62,348 nucleotides of DNA, taken from assembly GCA_000697335.1 (NCBI GenBank), contig JNEM01010362.1, forward strand, positions 1-62,348, read 5' to 3'. Position 1 is the first letter of the stretch; every line of letters begins with the position of its first letter. Shown one piece after another: positions 52,590-62,348 of this stretch. Below the pieces are notes generated by a model. The model was not told where the DNA came from. It saw nothing but the letters and a program-made list of their open reading frames with translations, and searched no databases. The position numbers and the translations under genes are program-made. The DNA comes from Conidiobolus incongruus B7586 (Eukaryota).

Positions 52590-53667
52590 CTCATTTTGTT
52601 AAGGTAATACATGTAACTCCAATTTAGAATGGTTTGGAAAGAGTATTCCAGAAACTTTAATAAAATAAATTGTTTTGATAGCCTTTGTGATTGATAATTA
52701 GATGTTTCCATTCCTATATGCTGAATTCTACTGCCTTAAAGCACTCATCATAAGCCTTTTTACTCAGGTAATAAATATTCAATATGGCACATATACCAGG
52801 ATCTTCAGATATTCATTGCTAAATCTCAATACAGTAATCCTCATCTCTTATATACTTGAAGTTATTATTTATTAATTTAGAGTAGCATAAGCTAGATATA
52901 TCATATTTACTATAAATCTGGTAAATTTTTCTGGAAACTTTATAAATATTTATAACAGGGTCAATGTATACAGGTTGTTTCAATATGAACAATGTGGGAA
53001 AAAGTCCTTGTTTATTTGATAATGGTTCCCTTTTTTATATGTAAAAGTTGGTGAGGGTTCAAAGATAAAATAAGACAAGATAAGATCAAGTAGATAAAAA
53101 GATAAGATAAAGTAAGCAGATATGATTGACATGTTACAATGATGACAAAGTGATCTGATCCATGACAATATTAGTACAATGTGTAATAAATATTCCATTG
53201 AATTTGAAATATTGATAAAAAGTATCAAAGATATTTTGTAGCATATCTCTGTTCTGAGTTTAAATTAACAAAAAACTAGCTACAATAATATCATTATCTG
53301 AGATGAAGTTTGGATTAGCACGGTAAGCTAAGAGCGCTAGATAAGAGCGTATAGATCCAATTTCTTGAGGATTTTTCTTCGATTGATTTGACAATTGCGA
53401 TCATTTCATCAGAGATATAGACACCTACAATTAGATTAATATCATCAGGGTATTCTTCCTGAAGAAATTAGGCAAAATATTCATTACATCAAGCTATATC
53501 CATAATTTTATGATTCAAACCATTTTAAATAATGGGGTTTATTTCATTCAATAATGTATACTACTCAACTCATTTCATTAATATTTCTTTGATAGTTTTA
53601 GAATAATGACTCGCTGTTTCAATAATTTGAATATCAGTGACAACACTCAAATTATAAAATATGTCAT
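52590..53667 (-). pseudogene. Pseudogene paralog of the 59223-60077 methyltransferase, with an internal insertion
   Basis: Collinear blocks, e.g. ATATGGCACATATACCAGGATCTTCAG vs ATATGGCACAAGTGTCAGGATCGTCAG and GATCATTTCATCAGAGATAT vs GATCATTTGATCAGAAATAT; stops and frameshifts. Confidence 0.82.
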
Positions 53668-54080
53668 AACATAACTGGGATATATATTTAACAGAACCTG
53701 ATACTAATGAAGTACCAATTTTCCAAAATTATTAAAAGGCGAATAGAATAAAAAAATTCTAACAAGGATGATATAGCAATGTTTTTTTTGAACATAATTG
53801 CCAACACTCAAAAATTTTTGTATAATTAAAATGAATTATATGCTTTTATAAGAAAATAAACTCTTTCAATGGAAAACCGTATAATAATAAGACAAGATAT
53901 ATTTTTGTAAATTATTAATATTTGATAAATGTTGAAATCTTTATTAACAAATTTCAAAATATATCTAAAATTGTAATTGATTAATTGAAATTTTGGTTGA
54001 ATATTTGACTATTCAATAATCTTCAAGAGTGTTTAAATGATTGTTTTTTGTATAACTTAAAATGTATTTATATTAAAAAT

Positions 54081-54086
<6 letters not shown>

Positions 54087-54123
<37 letters not shown>
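54087..54123. repeat. (TA)n microsatellite
   Basis: Uninterrupted TA dinucleotide run. Confidence 0.9.
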
Positions 54124-54129
<6 letters not shown>

Positions 54130-54372
54130 CCATGTTGAAGATAACTTATAAAATGAACTGAGGTGAACAAAGTACACTTACTCAATAATTATAATATTAT
54201 AGATTCATAATTAAATGATAAAATTTATATAATATATTAAAATTGTTTAGTTAATTTTTCATCATAAATCTATAAATTTTTATAAATATTATCTAACCCT
54301 TGAATATATAAATTTATTTTTAAAAGTACTTTAAAATAATTTATATTAATTTTCTAATCAAAATATAATTAA

Positions 54373-55697
54373 TATTAGTATAGAAATTAAATAATGGCAC
54401 AATTTTAAGATTAAAATTAAACAAATAAATTAATAAATAATATATAAAAATTAATGAATAATATAAAATTAATAGCCTCTTTTATTATTAATAACTCTTT
54501 TCTATACTTTTGGTAAGCTTCTAATATTTAAAAAATAGTTTTTTTATTAAAGACTGAAATATGATATTTCACAAACCAATTTAATTTGTTTATAGGAATT
54601 TTTTTTCTTGTAAGCTATTTTTGTAATTGTCCAAAACAATTATAGTTATATAGGTTATAATAAAGTGAATATATTAGATATGGTAACTCCCTCTAATTTT
54701 TTTTATATACAAATCTTTTACAGCTTTAGCTTTATATATTTTGTAATTATCATGCAAAATAATAAGTGTTCTCAATTTATATTGAGAACACTATTTAGAA
54801 ATTGTTTTATTTAAAAAAGTAATATATAACTTACTATTAATTGATTTACTTTGAGATATTAAATAAAAAAACTATATACCATTATAATTTATTAAAACAA
54901 TTAACATTTGCTTATATTTAAAATATTTATTTATTGGAATTTGTAGAGGGGATTGATTTAGCTTAACCTAACATTTTATTTTATTTTTAAGCAAAAGATT
55001 ATATAAAAGAATTTAAGGTTTATTAATTATAAGTATTTATTGTAAGAATTTTTGTTTTTGGTTATACCTTAATAAGTTTAATTTAACTATAGCTACTCTA
55101 GTTTTCTTTTAGGCTTTTGTTAAATTATAAGGTATCTATTTTATATTTTTATTAATTAATTTAAGTTTAAACTTAAGTAATAATAACATACTTGTATAAT
55201 TAATATTAAATTGCTTTAATAGTTCTCTAACAGAAATAAAAAGGTATTTCTTAATATATTTTTTTGCTCTATTAATAAATAAAAGAGTAACAATAGAAAT
55301 TAATCTTTTAAATTTTGGTAAATTTTAAATAATGTCCCTTCTAGCTTTAAAATCACAATTCTAGCAATATATGGTAATTTTAGATAAAGCACTATCTCTT
55401 TAAGCTGTTTGTAAGTTTTAGATGATTTTAAAGGGTTTATGGTTAAGTTTTAAAGATATAAAAATGAAAGCCTTTTGATAATTATAATCTAATTTAAGTA
55501 TAATTAAATTTAAGTGTAAATTTTAAAATCAAAATATTTTAATAAAAAAATTTTTAAAATTGAATATATATATATATATAGTTTGAAAATATTTATTTTC
55601 CTATATATTTTATATATATATAATCTTTCAAAATATATAATATGTTTGAAAGATCAGAAATTAAAAAATTTCCCATTTCTTAATTTCCATACTAATA
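54373..55697 (-). mobile_element. Decayed mariner family A, copy 2 (full length, about 1.32 kb)
   Basis: Reverse complement of 1088-2780 without the LTR; TIRs TATTAGTATAGAAATTAA / TTAATTTCCATACTAATA. Confidence 0.9.
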
Positions 55698-56594
55698 AAT
55701 AGATTATCTATATTACAAATGCTTTTTTTAATAATTCTCATTATAGTTTTAGAAAATTATTGTATTGATGTATACAAATATATATTTGTGTATTATCATA
55801 TATTCTCACTCATTATATGGCTAGGAAGAAATAGATATTCCATTTTCAAATCAGTTGACATTACCTGAAATGAATTCAGTCTAATATTATCAAATTTGGA
55901 TTTTATCATTATTGAGTATTTGTATTTTCTATATTAAGTATAAATATATATATTTATTTATAATATTCCAAAATTTAGGTAATAAAAGCCCAATTGGGTT
56001 CGTATGAATAAAAATATAAATATATATGTGTATAATATATATAATGTATATTTTCTATTATTTATAATTTTTCTTTTTAATAATTTATAAATAATTTTAA
56101 TTTTGAAATCTCATGATTTTTATAAATTATTCAAATTCTTAAAATATTTAATATATTTTTACCAATTTATAAATAATAAAAATGAATATATACATAACAT
56201 TAAAGTTATTTCGAATTAATCTATATGTTTTTTCTCTTGTTTAATCAATGCATGCGTTGTTTTAAATATCTATCTACTTAAATTTCAATTTTTAGACTAT
56301 TATAGATCCTTTAGGGGTTAATAAAATATAATTTCTAGTAATAATAGTTTTGAAATTATATAAGTATCCATTTAAGCAAAACTATATCATTCACAGATTT
56401 TTAATTTTTTTTGAATTTTTTTATATCTTTTAAAATGATATATTATAAAATTAAATAAACGCTAGGTGGTATGTAATAGATATTATTGAAAAAGATAATA
56501 CCAATGATTTGCGTTCTAGGATAATATATAATTATGATTTGAAAATTAATGAATGATACTATATAGATATATAAATAATCTATTTGTTTAATAA

Positions 56595-57820
56595 TATTTC
56601 ACTGGATTTTAAATAATTAGACTTTTATAAGATTAAGAATAAATAAATATTTTAATATATAATCTATAAATATAAGTATTTAAAATAAAATTATAGTTCT
56701 TTTTTATTATTGATAACTTTTTGTTATATTTTTAATAAACTTCTGATATATAAAATAAATTTTTTTATTAATGACTGAAGTTTAATATCTTATAAATTAA
56801 TTAAACTCAATTATAATTTTTTTTTAAATTTATATTTAAATTACTTAAAGTAATCATTGTTATATAGGTTATAATCTAGTAAATATATTAAATTTGGTAG
56901 ATTTTTTTTATTGTTTTTAATAGATAGTTTTTTATAATTTATATTAATTATATGGAGTAAAAATATGTTATACTTAATTAAGATTATTATTTAAGAATAG
57001 TTTTATTTAGAAGAATAAATTATAACCTATTATTAATTAAATATCATTTTAAAACTAGATAAGAATAATATAATCTATTATAATTTATTATAATTGTCAA
57101 TATTTCCTTATATACACTATTTATTAAAGTTTATAGAAAATATAATTTCAACTTAGTATTTTAATTGATTTTTCCATCAAGAATTATATAATGGGATTTA
57201 TAATTTATTGATTATAAGAATTTTCTCTAAAAGTATTAATTTTTAGATATATCTCATTATGTTTTATTTAAGTTTTAGCTAAATTATAAAATATTTATTA
57301 TATATTTTGATTAATTAATCTAAGCTTAAAGTTTAATATATATAATATATATATATGACTGGTATTCATATATCTTGATGACTTTTTAACTAAATAAAAA
57401 TATTCTTTTCAATAAATATTTTATTTTATTAATAAATAAAAAATAATTAAAAGTAATTTTCTGAATTTTAATAAGTTATTAATATTTTATTTAGCTTTAA
57501 AATTATTTACTCTATAAAAAATAATTAATTTTAATAAAAAATTATTTTATAAGCTATATGTAAATTTTAAATAATTTTAAAAGTTTTGTGGTTAAGGTTA
57601 ATTGATATTAAAATAAAAGACTTTCTATATTCACTATTTAGTTTATAATTAAATAATAAACCTCCAAAATTAAATTTTTTATCAAAAAACATTATATATT
57701 TTTATATTTAAAAACTATTTATCTTCCTATTTATTTTGAATAGAATTTGTTTCTAAAACTAATTATATATTTGAAAATCAAAAATTAAAAAATTTTCAAT
57801 TATTTAATTCTGAGGTAATA
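56595..57820 (-). mobile_element. Heavily decayed mariner, family A-related copy 4
   Basis: Minus strand has GATTATAACCTATATAAC and CAGAAGTTTATTAAAAATATAACAAAAAGTTATCAATAATAAA collinear with the 3' end of copy 1; TIR-like ends on both sides. Confidence 0.75.
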
Positions 57821-59222
57821 ATATATTTGATTACAATAATTTTAAATTTAATATAATATGGATATATAATTTCATCAACTTATTTGATATTAACTAGCTT
57901 TATTTATTATAAATATATTATGTTTTTTAGTTAGATTGAAGATGGTGGCTATTTTCAGGATAGCATAAATACAGATTATAATATAGATTTCGATTGTTAA
58001 AGTTTTAAATTAATTTTAGAAAATATATGGACAGTTTACCACAAAGCATATTATTAATATTGAATAAGTCAAGTTTAACAACTCTGATTTATCATAGTAG
58101 GAAATATAGTAATTAGATTGGATAAAAATATATGAAAATTATGCATAATATTTAACTTAATATATTAAAATCGCTATTATCTTTAAGATAATGAGCCCTA
58201 TCTATGAAAATAGTTTAATTTTAAAATTCAAATAAACACATAATTATTAGATTTTTACCGTAAATAAAATATGTTATTTTAATGGAATGATTGCAACTAT
58301 AATTTATATCATTATATATTATATAAAGTTTCAAAATATTTGAGTTGTGTAGTCTTACGTATAAAGTGTCAGTAATAATATTAAGGTAGAATATTTTCGA
58401 ATCTGAATAAATGAAATATTAAAATGAAAAGCAATAAAAGTATATATTGTACAAAATGTAAAAAAATAAGAATATATATATATATTCTATCATACCATAC
58501 AAATAATGGTTCCATCATTAATATTGTATATAAAATATATTGCAAATTGAAATATAAAGTCAATTTTTTTGAAAATAATACAAAATTAAATTTTTTTAAT
58601 TAAGCTTATAAATTTAGACATTGATCAATCTTAAATAAATATATTTATTAGTGATATTCTTATAGTTGGGGAATATTATAGGTTGATGTCATTAAATTTA
58701 TTTGAATATAGTCAATTATATTAGAAATATATTTATGATTAAATGCTATACTTTTCGAATATTGAAATAAAATATAGGTAATTGTGACAGGATAGTATAT
58801 AGCCTAAATTTCAATTGATAATATTCACGTTTACAGAAAAAATATTATAAAATAGCTAAAATATAATTTTTATCTTTGTTGTAAAGTTTAGCTGAATGAT
58901 TAAAAAATATCGATATTCATATTTTGAGTTTGAATTTGAATATTTATATCCATGGTATCCTTATTTCAATAGTTGGATCAATATACAATAAACTATAATG
59001 ATATGCATATATATGATTACAAAAAAATATATGATATTATTAGATATATGATATGATAGGAACTATTGAATTTTAGCTCCAGATTGCGGGGAAAATTGGT
59101 GAATATGTGGTTACCTGAAACAAAAGTAACTTAAATTTTTTAATGAAAATTGAAATATTTAAGAAAAGTGACCACATAGTTTATTGATAAAGTTTAAGTT
59201 GCTTGGTAGAGGTATTGAGTTG

Positions 59223-60077
59223 TTATTTCGATAAAACAATACATATAGTACTTGTTTCCAGAGGATCAGTCAGAGTGTCCCAGAAGCCAGCAGGGAAGAT
59301 TTCATGGTCAAGGCCTTTAGGATCAACGAGTAAAGGTTTCCACTCCCATTTTCTGAAACCAGCAGCTCTAAAACACTCCTCATAAGTAGGCTTACTTAAA
59401 TATTGAATATCAAATATGGCACAAGTGTCAGGATCGTCAGGAACGAAACGGTGACATTCAATACGGTAGGCTTGGTCCATCAACCCTTTGTAATCCTCCT
59501 CACTAAACTCAGAACGTAAAATGCTTGATAGGCCATATTTCTTATGATTATCATCAATCAAGTTCCTAGGATCTTTTCCAGGGTTCATAGTAACTGAAAT
59601 AAATTTACCATTTGGTTTAAGACATTGATAAATGGTATCGCAGAATTTTTGTAGAATATCTCTACTTTGCGCGTAGTTCAACAAGTAGCTGGCTATGATA
59701 AGATCATAATTTGAAACCAGATGTTGATTAGAGCAGTCTGGTAAGTGTGCAACATCGGAACGAATATATTGAATACCTAAGGGATTCTCATCTTCAATAG
59801 CTTGAGCGTTGGAGATCATTTGATCAGAAATATCCACGCCAACCATCATACTAATATTTTGAGGATAATGCTCTTTTAGAAGTCTAGCAAAATATCCGTC
59901 ACCACATGCCATGTCCATAACTTTGAGGTTAGAAATATTTTTAATATATGGATCTACTTCAGTCAAAATGGTATATTTTTCAACCAACTGTCTTAAAGGT
60001 TCTTTAGTAGTTTTTGAATAAGCACTTGCGATTTCATTATATTGATTACGTGTAACATCACTCTTAACATTGACCAT
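59223..60077 (-). CDS. Class I SAM-dependent methyltransferase, ToxA-like, intronless
   Basis: QYNEIA, VMDMACGDG, VGVDIS.QMI, YDLIIASYLLNYA, LKPNGKF, KYG, YEECFRAAGF, PAGFWD. Confidence 0.9.
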   Translation of the reverse strand: MVNVKSDVTRNQYNEIASAYSKTTKEPLRQLVEKYTILTEVDPYIKNISNLKVMDMACGDGYFARLLKEHYPQNISMMVGVDISDQMISNAQAIEDENPLGIQYIRSDVAHLPDCSNQHLVSNYDLIIASYLLNYAQSRDILQKFCDTIYQCLKPNGKFISVTMNPGKDPRNLIDDNHKKYGLSSILRSEFSEEDYKGLMDQAYRIECHRFVPDDPDTCAIFDIQYLSKPTYEECFRAAGFRKWEWKPLLVDPKGLDHEIFPAGFWDTLTDPLETSTICIVLSK

Positions 60078-61392
60078 ATTATTATACAGGTGATTCTTAT
60101 TATAGAAGTGATTCTAGTATTTTGTAGATTCTGTGAATAATAAAATCAATACTTAGAAGAATAACAGTATTTAAATAATTAATGTTAATTATTGTGGCTT
60201 TAATAAACTAATTTTAATATCAAATTTGATTTGAGTTTGAGAGTAAATTATAAAGAAATATCTAATTTTTATATTTTTAATGAATGCTACAATTGAAGTA
60301 TAAATTCGGAGAGATTAAAAACACACTCTTTTACTAATTAAATATCTGAAAACAAAAATCATTAATTCACATGATTATTCCTAATTGCTAATAAAGATTG
60401 GCTGATCTTCTTTTTAGAATTATTACTAACACTTCATTATCATAATTATTATCAAAAAATTATTTAATATAAATTTACTTAGTAAGTATAAATATATATT
60501 TATAAAATCGGGATACTTTATATTCACTTATTCTCTTTCGAACAATGTTTGACCATCATCACTAGATATTTGAATCACTGTAAATTGATTATGTAATTTA
60601 AATTAAATTGAATTATTAGTATAAAAGCATTATAATGATTGTTCAAATCGTAGAAATTAAATATTATCATTAATATTGATTTTAATATCTTAATTTAGTT
60701 TTATAAATTTAAAAAATTTCTTAATATAATATTATTCAAATTATTGAATTTTTATTAACTTATTTGGATATAAATAAGCATGTAATAATATTGGAAAAAA
60801 TTGTACTTTTAATATTATTATTATTATAAGGTTTTTACATAATCAATGCACAATTTTAAATTTAGTGATAGATGCAATATTCAAATAATTTTACGTAAAA
60901 TATGCAACCAGGCTTTTCACAAGCATGCATTTAAAACTATAATAATTAAGTATTTATTTGGCAAGAGATGATTCTCATATTTTGGATAATAAAGTACAAT
61001 TTTTCACCCTAAATTACTTGCTAAATAGTTATATGTTATTAAATTAGTATATAAACTTAAGATTATTGAGCCATTTTGAACCCAAAATTATTGAAAATTT
61101 AGCATAGTTGGTTAATCCTTAAGTTACACCTAATATATATTAATATAAATCTAATGAATATTGCAGTTGACATTCACTTAGATATCAAAAAAATATAGGC
61201 AATGATTACTCTTGAATTTTTTAAATTAAACATTATTTAAAATTTAATAAAATATTACTTTGTAATTTAAATAATGGGAATTTTTTGCGATTGAAAAAAA
61301 ATAAACATTTTAATATATACAAAGTAAAAATAAATATATAATATAAAATTAATAATTGACTAAAGAAAAATATAAATTAAAAACTAATAGAG

Positions 61393-61770
61393 TGGTAAAT
61401 GATAGATTACCACAAAATTAAGGGAAATTAAGATGGTTCACTAAATTAGGTGGAAATAGCTTCTGCAAATCAAGGTCTTTGAATAAAGTAAATATCTCAC
61501 ACTCGTCATAACTCAATACTTTTTGTGAGTGTTACGAGAAAACTTAGAGACTGGATACTTTTGAAAATGAAGATAGAAAGATAGGTTTATTGATTGGTTT
61601 GTAATGATCTTATAATAGTTTCAATTGTTGAGTTTGGGTGGCTATGAATAACTTCAGGTGGAAAGCACTAAGTTAAACTAGTTCATAAAATGAGGTACTC
61701 CCAATGTGACTTCTTGCATTAGTGCAATAGTCAGAGTTTCTTGAGTGATGGACAAGATTATTCCCCATTA
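61393..61770 (-). mobile_element. LTR family 2, second copy (solo)
   Basis: Reverse complement of 9425-9803; 5' TG mutated to TA; no matching TSD seen. Confidence 0.85.
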
Positions 61771-61973
61771 ATAACTATAATCTTGAATTTTTTAATTTGC
61801 TAAATTATAAAAAAAATATAGTAGTATTGGGTTTGTTATTGAAATTTACTCCAATCTAAATTGTTTATTTATAATATTAGCTATACTCAAATGATAATAC
61901 TAATGTTTATTTTTATTAATGCCATGTAAGAGGATATTATACACCCAATTATTTTAAGTTATTGAGAAGTTAT

Positions 61974-62291
61974 CTAAAAATTGTATATGGTATTGCAAAA
62001 CTCTTGGAGCATTGATTTGTTTTGAGCATAGTTCAAAAAATAGCTGGCTACAATAATATCGTAATCTGAAGCATAGTTTGGATTAGAGCAATATGGTAAG
62101 AGAGAAACATCAGAACGAATATATTCAATGCCTTGAGGATCATGTTTTTCTATTGACAAGCAACACCAACTATCAGATTAATATTATCTGGGTAGTGCTT
62201 TTTAAGGAATCTGGCAAAAAATCCGTCCCCACAAGCCATATCCATAACTTTAAGGTTAGATAAATCCTTAATAAAAGGGTCCACTTCAATC
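61974..62291 (-). pseudogene. Truncated, frameshifted third paralog of the ToxA-like methyltransferase
   Basis: EVDPFIK...MDMACGDGFFAR...IVGV, then a deletion/frameshift, then GIEYIRSDV...YDIIVASYFLNYAQ...FCNTIY and a premature end. Confidence 0.85.
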
Positions 62292-62348
62292 ACCCCCTTC
62301 GCTCAGATCTCCGACCCTTAATCCTTTATTTCTAATAACTTTTTGCTA

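Noticed and set aside
52480..53900. Possible LINE reverse-transcriptase fragment
   Set aside because: Better explained by collinearity with the methyltransferase gene; no RT motifs found
1..62348. CRISPR array, prokaryotic operon or Fanzor/TnpB nuclease
   Set aside because: No repeat-spacer array and no RuvC-like ORF seen; genes are spliceosomal-intron eukaryotic genes

Overview
AT-rich, intron-dense eukaryotic DNA. Gene content and short (about 45-100 nt) GT-AG introns point to an early-diverging fungus; a Conidiobolus-like entomophthoralean is my inference, not something the sequence proves. About 20 protein genes are recognisable: PEP4, ESS1, CLP1, a CFA/CNMT-like methyltransferase, TIM22, NOP9, a short BOS1-like SNARE, DPH4, RalGAP-beta, mitochondrial PPase, CtIP/Ctp1, RRP17, TAF10, a BED-finger protein, MED18, TMA20, a Kelch-BTB protein, a divergent GT15, cytochrome c heme lyase, a DOMON-b561 protein and a ToxA-like methyltransferase with two pseudogene paralogs. 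There are two tRNA genes (Thr-AGT, Gly-GCC). Decayed mobile DNA includes a chromovirus 3' end, two LTR families and five DD34D mariner relics of two families. Main observations: (1) an orientation-specific ATCCCATAA motif about 90-120 nt upstream of the start codon of many housekeeping genes; (2) animal-type DD34D mariners in a fungus, eroded by C-to-T/G-to-A changes; (3) a bacterial-type ToxA-like methyltransferase cluster undergoing gene birth and death; (4) an apparently domesticated hAT/BED gene. Exon boundaries were read by eye and some coordinates are approximate.
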